64,000 nucleotides of DNA, from IMG/VR virus record IMGVR_UViG_3300021387_000688. The stretch is one strand, 5' to 3'. Position 1 is the stretch's first letter; every line of letters starts with the position of its first letter. The notes below the pieces were generated by a model. That model did no database searches, had not been told where the DNA came from, and saw only the letters and a list, made by a program, of their open reading frames with translations. Positions 47,143 through 56,884 of the stretch are shown here, in pieces. The position numbers were made by a program, and so were the translations under genes. Source of the DNA: a virus (Duplodnaviria > Caudoviricetes).

Positions 47143-48405
47143 CTAATCCTCTTCCCATAAATGTTCATCTTCATCTTCTTCAAAATCTTTTGCTACTATT
47201 TTCTTTTGCTCTGTAGTTGCATTCAATTCATTTAATACCTTGGCTGTATTAGGAGGAAGTCTAACAACATCTTCAATAAAAGTCTTAATCAAATGTGCCT
47301 TAAGCGCTTCTTTGAAATTATTTGCTACCCATGGAGTATCTCTCAAAGACATTCTTGCAAGCATCAATACATCGGCATTCTTAAAATAAGCATCTGTTAT
47401 TGCTTCTCCATTTTCTTTTACAACAATCTTAATTTCATTTACAAGGCCTCTTGCTATTAAATAATTACCAAGATCTGAACGGGTTCTTGAATCTGAGTAT
47501 TCTTTGACTAATACATCTGCTTTAGCTTTAGACCAATTTACTGTAATGTCAACAACTTCACTGTTCCAATCCTTATGGGCTTGAATTACTTCATGATAAC
47601 AGAATTGGGTAAGATGAGAATGATTTTTTAGAAAATCTTCAGTATCATCCCGTACTATCTGATTAAACTGGGCCTGTACGTTAACCATTGTGTTTTCTTT
47701 TAGAAGTGCACCTTTCGAATGTTCTTCCATAGCCTGAATCCATTTCTCATAAGAATCTATATAAGTTGTACCTCGAGGATCAAAAGATTGTAAGAGCTTT
47801 CCATCCCTCCAAATCTTGAATCCGATATTAGCTATTTTATTACCCAGGTACTGCCCTTTCAAGTCTACGTCATTAGATTTGAAATGGTATTCTACTTGCA
47901 CGGCTGTTCCGTTTAAGTATGCCATAACAAACTCGATATGATTGGCAGAATCATAAACATGCGTACTAATAGTAAAATCTATTGTGAAGGCTTCAATCAC
48001 TCTATCAAATGCAAAATCTTTAATAGTTTTACTTACTTCCTCTCCAAGGGTTGGCGGGGTTGCTTTTCTTTTATTTTTAACAATGTACTTAGTTTCTGCT
48101 TTATTACAATCCTTTCGGATATTGTCAATAGTTCTTGCAGCATCATCTCCATCTTTAAAATTTTCTGCTTCATAAAAATTGAAGTAATAAGGATAATAAA
48201 CAGCCCCTGCATTTACTTTCACCTTTACCCCTACTTTAACAATCAATGAATAAAAACTTGCCCTACCGTTTTTTACTTTTGTCCATAGATCCCTATATTC
48301 ATATCGGTCTCTTAAAGACAACATGATTTCGTAATCAGTGTCGCAAAGGTTCCAAGCGTTCTTGCAAAAAGTTTTTTCAAAATGATATAATTCAGGTGTT
48401 TTCAT
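47143..48405 (-). CDS. Hypothetical protein with C-terminal LPPNT..VLNELNAT motif
   Basis: Start moved to MKTPEL (TAATG coupling). Confidence 0.8.
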   Translation of the reverse strand: MKTPELYHFEKTFCKNAWNLCDTDYEIMLSLRDRYEYRDLWTKVKNGRASFYSLIVKVGVKVKVNAGAVYYPYYFNFYEAENFKDGDDAARTIDNIRKDCNKAETKYIVKNKRKATPPTLGEEVSKTIKDFAFDRVIEAFTIDFTISTHVYDSANHIEFVMAYLNGTAVQVEYHFKSNDVDLKGQYLGNKIANIGFKIWRDGKLLQSFDPRGTTYIDSYEKWIQAMEEHSKGALLKENTMVNVQAQFNQIVRDDTEDFLKNHSHLTQFCYHEVIQAHKDWNSEVVDITVNWSKAKADVLVKEYSDSRTRSDLGNYLIARGLVNEIKIVVKENGEAITDAYFKNADVLMLARMSLRDTPWVANNFKEALKAHLIKTFIEDVVRLPPNTAKVLNELNATTEQKKIVAKDFEEDEDEHLWEED

Positions 48406-50624
48406 TATCCTCTCCATTCAATATCTCTACCATATACTTTATAAATTTCAAGCAATATCTTTCTTTTGATTGCTTTTGCTTTAAAAATATCTTCAAGGTA
48501 ATCATCCATTACTTGAACAAACTTACCTTCGTTTTCATCGCACTCCCCGTAAGAAGTATTATGCAATTGTTCTCCTCGTCTGTCAATGGTAAGCTGCCAT
48601 GAGTTCAAAGACCTAAAGTCCTTCATGCAAAGCCTTACGATAAAATTATAGTCTTCTGTTGAAAACTCAATTCTATAGCATGAAGGTCTAAAATGTTCTG
48701 GAGGAAAATTAATACAACGATGCAAATCAAAATTAAGAAGATTTAATTCCTTCATTGCATTTTCAACCATTTTTTCTTCTGTAATGGCGTCAATTGTTCC
48801 TTTATAAAAAGGGTTTAATTTACACACTATTTCAAAATCTTCAGCCACCTTAGCTTTCTGCTCATTTGTGGCGTTCAATTCATTCAATACTTCTTTTGTA
48901 TTAGGAGGAAGTTTGAAATCTTCTTTCCAGTAAAGTTTAACTAATTCGCTTTTTACAAATTCCAATAACCCAGTTGCAGAATTTACATCCATCTGTTTTT
49001 TAACATCTTTAACAAATTCACCATCTTCCATTCCGGTTCTTGTATAATCAATTACCTTAGGATTCTTAGGAAGTGCGCATTTAAGACTCCAGTTACCGTG
49101 AATCCATTTTAAGAGATGACTTCCGAGGTCATCTTTCGTAATATCTAAAGTCGGGTAATATTTAACTCTACTACGGAACCATTGACGTGCAGCGTCTTCC
49201 ATATACTTGTTATCAAAATCGATTCTAACCGTAGCATCCCCATAAAGGGTTGTAGTAGGAGACACAAAAGGCATCATAAAAGTATACTGAATATGACTTT
49301 CTTCTAGAGTTTTTCTCATCCATTCTTTCATAGCTGCTTTTACTTCTTCGGCACGTCGTTCATTTCTCTTTTTCCTAGCCTCTTCATATTCTCTTTCATC
49401 ATTCTTTACGGCCCAACCATTGTATTCGTTTTTAAGTTTTTCAAGTATATTGAATCTAAAATCATCCCAGAAATCTTCGTAATTATTAACAATGTTAAAG
49501 ATATCCCTCATCCTTGGGAAGAAGTTTGCTAGCGATCCCTGATATGGAAGATTTGGAAACTTTTTATCACAAATGCTAGAGATGCTAATATGATCAAAAA
49601 CGTCCCAAACATTCAATCCGCAAAAAGTAATGCCCTGAGGGTGCAAATCAATTTTTAATTTAAACTCTTTTTCTTCTCCGGAGAAGCCCTTAAAAGAAAT
49701 TTCTGCATAGCATTCAGGTTCACTACATTCTACAAAATCTATGTGAAGAGAATCTTTATAATATTCAATATGAGTTGGCCACAATCTTTCTATTTCTTCT
49801 TCTCTCCATTCATGGAATTTGTTAACTTCAAGTAAAGATACTTGATACAAGAATTCCTCAACTACTTTCGGTGCATCCATCTTATTCCAATCATTGCCTT
49901 CATAATCTTGCCAAAGCTGCACCAACTTCTTTTTCAAAAAACAAATATTATCCCCTTTACAAATTGTATAAGGAGGGAACGCATTACTATTAATATTCCA
50001 ATACATCTTTCCTGCAAGTGCTTCAAAGGAATTATGCAGCGTATCGCAAGACTGTTTTTTATTCAATTCAATTACCATACTCACGTCAAAGTAAATTGAA
50101 TTTATAAAAAATCCACCATGTACATGCTCTTCCATAGCTCTGCACTTATCTTCATCTGTACCAGAAGTGTAATTGAAAGATACTTGCCAATTTCTTTCAT
50201 CGTAAAGAGGTTCAACAATTTTAGGTTCAGAATTGGTCAACCTGTCATGGTAATTTTTTATTTCAACTTTTAAAGTCTCTATCATTTTGATCCAAAGGTA
50301 AGAAGATAATGGAGTTACATTATCTTTACTGAGCTTCTGCATTTTAAGACCTTTCCAGATTTTTGCATCAATATCTTTATTAAACTTTATATAAAGTTTT
50401 TCTTTACGGGCTGAATCACAAAGGGATTCAAAAACTACTGCATTAGAGTTTTTCTTGTAAAAACTTATTTCAAGCTTCATTGTTTCGATAGCTTTATTAT
50501 CCCATTCTTCAATCAAACCAGATTCCATAGAATCTATTGTTTCTACAACCCAATGTACAGAGGCTATTTGCCTTGCCCAGTATCCTAAATCTTCTAATCC
50601 TTCAAAGTGTAAATTATAATACAT
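48405..50624 (-). CDS. Large hypothetical protein with internal LPPNT..VLNELNAT motif
   Basis: 739-aa ORF. Confidence 0.85.
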   Translation of the reverse strand: MYYNLHFEGLEDLGYWARQIASVHWVVETIDSMESGLIEEWDNKAIETMKLEISFYKKNSNAVVFESLCDSARKEKLYIKFNKDIDAKIWKGLKMQKLSKDNVTPLSSYLWIKMIETLKVEIKNYHDRLTNSEPKIVEPLYDERNWQVSFNYTSGTDEDKCRAMEEHVHGGFFINSIYFDVSMVIELNKKQSCDTLHNSFEALAGKMYWNINSNAFPPYTICKGDNICFLKKKLVQLWQDYEGNDWNKMDAPKVVEEFLYQVSLLEVNKFHEWREEEIERLWPTHIEYYKDSLHIDFVECSEPECYAEISFKGFSGEEKEFKLKIDLHPQGITFCGLNVWDVFDHISISSICDKKFPNLPYQGSLANFFPRMRDIFNIVNNYEDFWDDFRFNILEKLKNEYNGWAVKNDEREYEEARKKRNERRAEEVKAAMKEWMRKTLEESHIQYTFMMPFVSPTTTLYGDATVRIDFDNKYMEDAARQWFRSRVKYYPTLDITKDDLGSHLLKWIHGNWSLKCALPKNPKVIDYTRTGMEDGEFVKDVKKQMDVNSATGLLEFVKSELVKLYWKEDFKLPPNTKEVLNELNATNEQKAKVAEDFEIVCKLNPFYKGTIDAITEEKMVENAMKELNLLNFDLHRCINFPPEHFRPSCYRIEFSTEDYNFIVRLCMKDFRSLNSWQLTIDRRGEQLHNTSYGECDENEGKFVQVMDDYLEDIFKAKAIKRKILLEIYKVYGRDIEWRG

Positions 50625-50627
50625 TTT

Positions 50628-50906
50628 TTACCCCGCATTAAATGAACTCAATATAATTGTTGGTTCATTGTATTTTGTTGTTGTTCCAATCTCTTTGACT
50701 GTATACTTTTGATAAGATCTTCTTTCAAAATTATCTTCTCTTTTAAATCTTTGACCTACAATATAAGAATGTGTTTCCTGGTCCCAGATGTCGTTTCCGT
50801 ATTCAGCTAAGTCTTTTGCTTGCGACAGGGATTCAGCTGCAACAATTGCGCTATCAAAATCGTCGTAATCTACATCTGTTAAAGATATCTTAAAAAGTTT
50901 AAGCAT
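50628..50906 (-). CDS. Conserved small phage protein
   Basis: YDDFDSAIVAAES...IG...IILSSFNAG. Confidence 0.8.
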   Translation of the reverse strand: MLKLFKISLTDVDYDDFDSAIVAAESLSQAKDLAEYGNDIWDQETHSYIVGQRFKREDNFERRSYQKYTVKEIGTTTKYNEPTIILSSFNAG

Positions 50907-51321
50907 TTATATCCACCTCCTTTAATTCTGTAAATTCTTTTATATGTTCTTCATCTACTACAAAAAGTTTTTTACCATCGCACATCAACCAATCATTATG
51001 GAAAAGATATAATGTACCTTCGTAATCATGTGTCCAAGTTCCATCATGATTGTCAAAAGATGTTCCGGCTTGTACAACCATTACTTCTAAAGATTTTTCG
51101 ATTTCTTCTATTGTTTGAGAGATTTGATGGTTTCGGTCAAATGCAATTTTACTATGACCAAATACTGCTTTTAATGCAGTTCCAAAAGAGAGTTGAGTCA
51201 TTATTTTAATGTCGTCAACTATGAAATCCGCAAATTCCCATTCCATAGATTCCTTTACATCTTTACCTGTAAAGCAAGCCCCATGGTACAGAACTTTATC
51301 TTTCATGAATAGTTTTGTCAT
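50899..51321 (-). CDS. Hypothetical protein, leaderless
   Basis: ATG 6 nt after TATATT. Confidence 0.8.
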   Translation of the reverse strand: MTKLFMKDKVLYHGACFTGKDVKESMEWEFADFIVDDIKIMTQLSFGTALKAVFGHSKIAFDRNHQISQTIEEIEKSLEVMVVQAGTSFDNHDGTWTHDYEGTLYLFHNDWLMCDGKKLFVVDEEHIKEFTELKEVDINA

Positions 51322-51327
51322 GCTAAT

Positions 51328-51362
51328 AATATAGAAAATTGAAGGGATTAATATTTCATTAA
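51328..51362 (-). promoter_or_regulatory. Early-type promoter, leaderless
   Basis: TTAATGAAA-N20-TATATT-N6-ATG. Confidence 0.7.
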
Positions 51363-51580
51363 AGAGATAAGATTTGAATTAATTTTATATCTTGGATTCG
51401 GATTCCTTCTTCATTTCCAATATCTAAAAAGTCACCCCAATCCTCATCAGAAAAGCACCCATGCCCATAGCAGCCTCCATCGGGTCTGCATTTAAGGCAA
51501 GGGTTTTTAGAGAAGTATTTAATTTTTTCTACATTAAGGACATCCGAAGTCCCGTTTTTGTATTTTACTAATATCCTCAT
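51359..51580 (-). CDS. Small Cys-rich protein
   Basis: CLKC..GGC..GC. Confidence 0.65.
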   Translation of the reverse strand: MRILVKYKNGTSDVLNVEKIKYFSKNPCLKCRPDGGCYGHGCFSDEDWGDFLDIGNEEGIRIQDIKLIQILSL

Positions 51581-52767
51581 GATTCACGAGCTTTCTTAAG
51601 AGCATTCGCAATAATATTTACCTGATCTTCTGTTGCATCCAAAGTTGCCAATATTTCAGATACTTCCTTTGGCAAAACTTGATTACTGTACATGCCATCT
51701 AATACTTTAGTAGTTTCATTTATCCAATCTTTATCGATCTGAAAGTTTGAATCTAATGTCAAGTTTCTCAATACAACAGTTGAAAGATTATGCCAGTTTC
51801 TAATAGATTTTGCATCCAAAATCATATGGAAGGAATCATTCAACATTGAAGATATTTCAATAGTTGGATGGAAATATTTGAAGATATAATTTCCAATACC
51901 GAACAATTGGCTTGATTTTTCGTATTTCTTTATAAGGGCTTTAGCTTCCCCTTCTGTCCAAGAAGTGACTACTTTGTAGTTAGCCATCTGGTAAGTAATG
52001 TATTTGACTGTCAAATCTTTTGACGCTTCAAGTTCTGCCACTCCTTTAATCTTATTGAAATAATTTCTAGCTATCTGGTTTGCAACTTCATAAGGAGTAG
52101 AATTGAATTCATTAAGTCTACTCAGTCCATCTGCCAATTCCGAAATCATTGCAGTTAAGTTTTTTCCAAATGGGCAAAATACCTTTATAATTCTATCCCC
52201 TGGTCCCGTCAACTTGAACCCAATATGAGTTACTGTAGTTTTATCTTCAAAATAAGTTTCAAACTTCAACTTGTAAGTATTGCACAACTTGCAATCGATA
52301 TCCAAAACCTTATAATCCCTATTCCAATTTTTACCTGTAATTTCTAAAGATACAGTCAATTCTTTTTTCTCCTTTTCAAACAGCAACGGGAACAATGTTG
52401 TTCTTATTTTACTCTCTAAAATCTTACTTAATGCAGGCATAATCTTATTATAAGAAGTTTTTCCTTCATCTTTTATACCCAGGCTTTTACAAGCCTTGTG
52501 ACCCATAGCAACAATGGCTCCTATAAAGTCACCCCAATATTCATTGTCATTAACTTTATACCATTTAGATGCGAATTCTTCTGTTCTTCCAAAAGGCATA
52601 GTTATAATAACAACTCTGGCTTTTTCTAGAGGTGTAGGATCAAATGCTACTCTAAGATTATCGATGTGATTTGTATTGTGTTGAATTTCAAATTCTGCTT
52701 TCCAAATACCTTCATTATAAAAAGGAAGCAATTCGTCGTACTCTGCAAATTCTATTACAATTTTCAT
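51577..52767 (-). CDS. Hypothetical protein with C-terminal LPKEV..ILATLDAT motif
   Basis: 396-aa ORF, TAATG coupling. Confidence 0.8.
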   Translation of the reverse strand: MKIVIEFAEYDELLPFYNEGIWKAEFEIQHNTNHIDNLRVAFDPTPLEKARVVIITMPFGRTEEFASKWYKVNDNEYWGDFIGAIVAMGHKACKSLGIKDEGKTSYNKIMPALSKILESKIRTTLFPLLFEKEKKELTVSLEITGKNWNRDYKVLDIDCKLCNTYKLKFETYFEDKTTVTHIGFKLTGPGDRIIKVFCPFGKNLTAMISELADGLSRLNEFNSTPYEVANQIARNYFNKIKGVAELEASKDLTVKYITYQMANYKVVTSWTEGEAKALIKKYEKSSQLFGIGNYIFKYFHPTIEISSMLNDSFHMILDAKSIRNWHNLSTVVLRNLTLDSNFQIDKDWINETTKVLDGMYSNQVLPKEVSEILATLDATEDQVNIIANALKKARES

Positions 52768-53417
52768 TATTCTTTTCCTTCTTCAATAATATATGCATAA
52801 GCTCTTACAAGCCAATCTTTTTCGAAGTTGTCTGTATAGAATATTTTCTTATGACCTTCTTTCTGTCCCCAGATTTCTCTAGAGAAATACTTTTTAGGTT
52901 TTACCCGGCACTGTTTTTCATATTCTTTATATTCTGCTTTTTCTTTTTTGGACATAGCTTTATATTCAAAACCGTTCCATTCTTTCTTGAAACAATCTTT
53001 ACAAAGATTTGCAATCCATCCACCTGTCTGCCAAATAATATGATTGCCTTTTGAATCTCTAGGAACTTTTCCACAATGCTGGCAAGTTACAGAAGAAAGC
53101 ATGTGAAGAATGGATTCTGCTTCTTGCATCCCGTCTGTATATCCTGAAAGAGAAACCCTTAGCGTACCGTACTTTTCTTTTGTATCGTAAATAGCAAAAT
53201 CCTTTTTAGCGGCATCAGGAAGCTTATCATACTCTTTAAAGATTTCTTGCATAAATCTCTTCCAAAGCTTTTCCCAACCGCAACCATCCCAGGCAACATA
53301 CCAGTTGTGCTCTAGATCCTCTTCTTCGGTTTTGAAAGATTTTTCTCCGGAGAAAACATTTCGATAAGTGAGGAAAGGATACTTCTCAAGAAGTTTTTTC
53401 ATTTCTTCTTTTTCCAT
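52767..53417 (-). CDS. Conserved phage zinc-binding protein
   Basis: GW...KEKYGTLR...S.VTCQHCG...GGWI.NLC..C. Confidence 0.8.
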   Translation of the reverse strand: MEKEEMKKLLEKYPFLTYRNVFSGEKSFKTEEEDLEHNWYVAWDGCGWEKLWKRFMQEIFKEYDKLPDAAKKDFAIYDTKEKYGTLRVSLSGYTDGMQEAESILHMLSSVTCQHCGKVPRDSKGNHIIWQTGGWIANLCKDCFKKEWNGFEYKAMSKKEKAEYKEYEKQCRVKPKKYFSREIWGQKEGHKKIFYTDNFEKDWLVRAYAYIIEEGKE

Positions 53418-53418
53418 T

Positions 53419-53640
53419 TTAATGCCCCTTTGAAAATTTTTCTGCTTGAGGGAAGTTTATATCTCCAGCTTCAGGTATTGGTACTCCTTTGAAAACTAGC
53501 ATTTCGTTTTCTGTACCACAATATAATTCCTTTGTTTCATTATTAAGGTAAAGTTCCCCGTCCCTGAGTTTTTCAATATTTTCTTTCTTCAAGTAGGTTT
53601 GAAAACCTTTTGTAGTTCCTCTTGCAATTCTAACTGTCAT
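53419..53640 (-). CDS. Small protein resembling a tail-fibre N-terminal (Mtd_N-like) domain
   Basis: VRIARGT...LRDGELYL..ETKELYCG. Confidence 0.5.
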   Translation of the reverse strand: MTVRIARGTTKGFQTYLKKENIEKLRDGELYLNNETKELYCGTENEMLVFKGVPIPEAGDINFPQAEKFSKGH

Positions 53641-53643
53641 TTT

Positions 53644-53883
53644 TTACAACCTTACAATGTTTGTAATATAGGTGCTAACATTGTCATAAAATTCGACATC
53701 GGTTTCTAAGAATTCTTTTGCAAGTTCCGTTTCTAGAGATTCCAACCAATTGTATACTTCATCTTCAGATTCCATATCAGTTGGAATCTCTTTTACAACG
53801 CGTCTATGTAATTCATGGCGCTGCATCAAATCAGATTTTGCGGACCAATAAATTGTATAATAAATAATTACAAACTTCTGCAT
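53644..53883 (-). CDS. Hypothetical protein
   Basis: Start moved to MQKFV (TAATG coupling). Confidence 0.7.
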   Translation of the reverse strand: MQKFVIIYYTIYWSAKSDLMQRHELHRRVVKEIPTDMESEDEVYNWLESLETELAKEFLETDVEFYDNVSTYITNIVRL

Positions 53884-54713
53884 TAGAGTTCCTCCCAATT
53901 AACAATGAAAGAACCATATTGTAAAATTCCTGGGCAAGGAATCATACAAGGGCCACTTTTGAATTCAACTTCTTTTACTTCGTAACCTTTATTTGTTAAC
54001 CAAGTGGCTAAAGATTTTGCAAATTCGTTTGGATTTCCTTTAATACAATTTTTATCTACAAGTACATGGAAACCACCGTTTGTAGAAACAACCATTCCTT
54101 TTAAGTTTACAAAAATCTTTGATTCTTTAAAGAAAGGTTTAATATAAACATCCTTAACTGTAGTTCTATCGAAGGTTTCAAGATTCTCAATATCAATATC
54201 AAAATCGATCCACTTTGTGCGGTTACATTCCATTCGTTCTGAACGGAAATCTGAATTTGTATGTGCAAGCTGGTTTTTACCATCTGCTCCACCATCATTA
54301 GACAATACGATATTCTTTTGGATATCATTAACAGCAGAGAGATGCTTTAAAGCAACTTTTCTTTCATCTGAAGGGTTGCAGCAAATAAATGTAGTCATTG
54401 CTTTCTGAGGGAGCGCGATTTCGTTTTCAGTACCTCTATTGAAAGTTAAACATTTAATAGGTACTTCAAGTTCGTACATTTTCTGAAGAGCGTTTTCTGA
54501 ATTAACTCTGCATCCGTCAGAACCCCGAATTGTTTTTGTTAAGTAAACCTCTCGGTTTCTTGCACCTAGCATTTTTCTTTCTTCGTCTGTAAGTTTCTTA
54601 GAACGGAATGCGGTATTTACAAGATATGTTTCGTAAGGAAAAATATCCCCTAATCTTTCGAGAAATGTTAAAAATTGATTTTCATCTACTAATACTTTGT
54701 ATGTTTCGCTCAT
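53883..54713 (-). CDS. AEP (primase-polymerase)-like protein, leaderless
   Basis: WIDFDID (motif I), STNGGFHVL (motif II), MIPCPG. Confidence 0.5.
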   Translation of the reverse strand: MSETYKVLVDENQFLTFLERLGDIFPYETYLVNTAFRSKKLTDEERKMLGARNREVYLTKTIRGSDGCRVNSENALQKMYELEVPIKCLTFNRGTENEIALPQKAMTTFICCNPSDERKVALKHLSAVNDIQKNIVLSNDGGADGKNQLAHTNSDFRSERMECNRTKWIDFDIDIENLETFDRTTVKDVYIKPFFKESKIFVNLKGMVVSTNGGFHVLVDKNCIKGNPNEFAKSLATWLTNKGYEVKEVEFKSGPCMIPCPGILQYGSFIVNWEEL

Positions 54714-54719
54714 GTAAAT

Positions 54720-54754
54720 AATATAGAAAAAATAGGAATCTACTTTTTCTTAAA
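54720..54754 (-). promoter_or_regulatory. Early-type promoter, leaderless
   Basis: TTTAAGAAA-N20-TATATT-N6-ATG. Confidence 0.75.
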
Positions 54755-55099
54755 ATCTACATAAACTTCATATCTAACTTCATCTTTATACCAATGTACT
54801 ACTTTTTCACTAATAGTTCTGTCCAAATTATTTTCTTTACAGAATCGTTTAATAACATTAAAAACTGTAGTCATGGCTTCCGATTCCTTATAGAAATCAG
54901 GGTGACAAATATATTTTACGCGCATGCAATTGTATTGCTCGTAGTATATTGTAATTACTTTAACGTCTTTTGCAGTCTCATGGCTTTCTGGAAAAACATT
55001 TCCCAAATCTGTTATCTTAGGCTCTAAATTACTTTTTGGTACAGAGAAAGCAAATACGCACATTAAATACATTAATATGATGCAAATTCTCTTTTTCAT
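54740..55099 (-). CDS. Secreted protein
   Basis: Signal peptide MKKRICIILMYLMCVFAFS. Confidence 0.75.
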   Translation of the reverse strand: MKKRICIILMYLMCVFAFSVPKSNLEPKITDLGNVFPESHETAKDVKVITIYYEQYNCMRVKYICHPDFYKESEAMTTVFNVIKRFCKENNLDRTISEKVVHWYKDEVRYEVYVDFKKK

Positions 55100-55110
55100 A
55101 GGGTCACCTC

Positions 55111-56085
55111 TTACACCATTGTTACTGGTATAGCTCTTAACGTTCTTTGGTTTTCTTCTCCTTTACTCTTAAATGTTTGCAACAACTTTACTATTGGTTT
55201 AGGGAATAAACTAAAGTCGTATTTTCTTTTCATAAAAGACCTAATCATCATTGAACTGAAGCATGCACTAAATTGAGTGGCTTCTTCTTCAGTCTTTCCA
55301 TAGGCAATACTGTAATCGTGTAATTGTTTAACTAGAAAATTTAGTTCAATAACTCTTACAGGGGCCTCATCTAAAACATGCGCCAATTCCTTCATAACAG
55401 GGGAAGCGTCTTTAAGAAGTCCTTTTGGAGGAGTCAATAAAATATTTTCTTTACGATGCTTGAACAAATTGTCTATCTTAATAAATAATACTTTTCTGTG
55501 GGACCAATACTTTCTAAAATACACAATTACCAAATTGGTCCAAGCAATTAAAACTATTAACAACCCCATCAACCCTATTACAAAAGAATGGTGAGTTTCT
55601 AGACTTAAATAATAGTTTGGATTTGTTTCATCTGGAAGAATCAAATAATCCAAAATCATATAAGCCACTATATATACGCAATCTAATACTTGGTACATCA
55701 TAAAGTGGCCTCCATATATATTACCATTCTTTAAATCAAATATTTTTACAAACAAAAACATTCCAATACTTATAACATACATAAGTATTTGGGATGCTAC
55801 TTTAATATGTTGTCCATATATACTTATACTTCCTGAAAAGTACATAGCTGCTAAACAAGCATCTAAACTTAAGAATAAGTAAAACACTCCCAGTAAGAAA
55901 TGTCTTAAGTTTGCATTCCATACCTTATCCATAACTATGTGTAAGAACATTCTACTAAACAATATAAATACTAAACACAAAGAAATTGTAGCGTTCATAA
56001 CTTCGTTAGTAAAGTCTGGGTACGAATGTTTAACTATCATGTTGGTTAGAAAGTATCCGATTAATGCTAACATCTCAACAATCAT
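55111..56085 (-). CDS. Polytopic membrane protein (about 6 TM) with soluble C-terminus
   Basis: Hydrophobic segments; GAGGTGG RBS. Confidence 0.8.
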   Translation of the reverse strand: MIVEMLALIGYFLTNMIVKHSYPDFTNEVMNATISLCLVFILFSRMFLHIVMDKVWNANLRHFLLGVFYLFLSLDACLAAMYFSGSISIYGQHIKVASQILMYVISIGMFLFVKIFDLKNGNIYGGHFMMYQVLDCVYIVAYMILDYLILPDETNPNYYLSLETHHSFVIGLMGLLIVLIAWTNLVIVYFRKYWSHRKVLFIKIDNLFKHRKENILLTPPKGLLKDASPVMKELAHVLDEAPVRVIELNFLVKQLHDYSIAYGKTEEEATQFSACFSSMMIRSFMKRKYDFSLFPKPIVKLLQTFKSKGEENQRTLRAIPVTMV

Positions 56086-56884
56086 AAAGCCACCTCAAAT
56101 CTTTAAAGGAGAATGCATTGATAGATAAAGTTACCAACTGGGCAACACGTATAAGCAAGAATGGTCCCATTAATAACATCTTGTAAAGGTCTTGCAAATC
56201 TCCAAATCTAGTAGGGTCTAAATTAACCATAATAGATAATAAATAACTGAAAGGTATTACGATCGCACTAAAAGCTATAAATACCGTCCAAGTATATAAA
56301 AGGTTTCTACAACCTGTAGAATGCTTGCATAAAAGTATCATGCTTGTTAGAGATATAAGGGTCCCCAATAAAGGACCTGTACCTACATAAATCAAGTATA
56401 TGGACAAAGGAATCATGCCTATCATTAAAGCTTGTATAAATGATATTACAGAACTTCCTATATAAATGGCCAATTTTGAAACTTTATTATCTCTTTGTTT
56501 TTTAGCTACATCCCCTGTATAAAAGTTTGTAGTAGGATTATCCATTGCAGTCTTATAGCAGAAAATCATTAAACAGGGAAAAGAACTCATAAAGAAAATA
56601 TTTTTGAAATAGTCGACTAAAATAGGGTTGAATTTTGGGCGACACATTATATCAATAGGTCCTTCGAAATAAAGATTCTTTATTAAATGTATTATTACGT
56701 AAATCAAATAAAACAATGCAAAATGGAAATAAAACCAATAACCTTCTTTAATATTTTTCTTTTTGAAGCCCCTAATAATTATCGTACTTATAAAGATTTT
56801 CATGAATAAGAAAGCTGCGGCTAATCCTTCCAACATTAAAATTATTGTTTTTGGTTGTACTGGGAAATCAATAAATGATATCAT
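56075..56884 (-). CDS. Polytopic membrane protein (about 7 TM)
   Basis: Start moved to MISFID (AGGAGG, TAATG coupling). Confidence 0.8.
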   Translation of the reverse strand: MISFIDFPVQPKTIILMLEGLAAAFLFMKIFISTIIIRGFKKKNIKEGYWFYFHFALFYLIYVIIHLIKNLYFEGPIDIMCRPKFNPILVDYFKNIFFMSSFPCLMIFCYKTAMDNPTTNFYTGDVAKKQRDNKVSKLAIYIGSSVISFIQALMIGMIPLSIYLIYVGTGPLLGTLISLTSMILLCKHSTGCRNLLYTWTVFIAFSAIVIPFSYLLSIMVNLDPTRFGDLQDLYKMLLMGPFLLIRVAQLVTLSINAFSFKDLRWLYDC

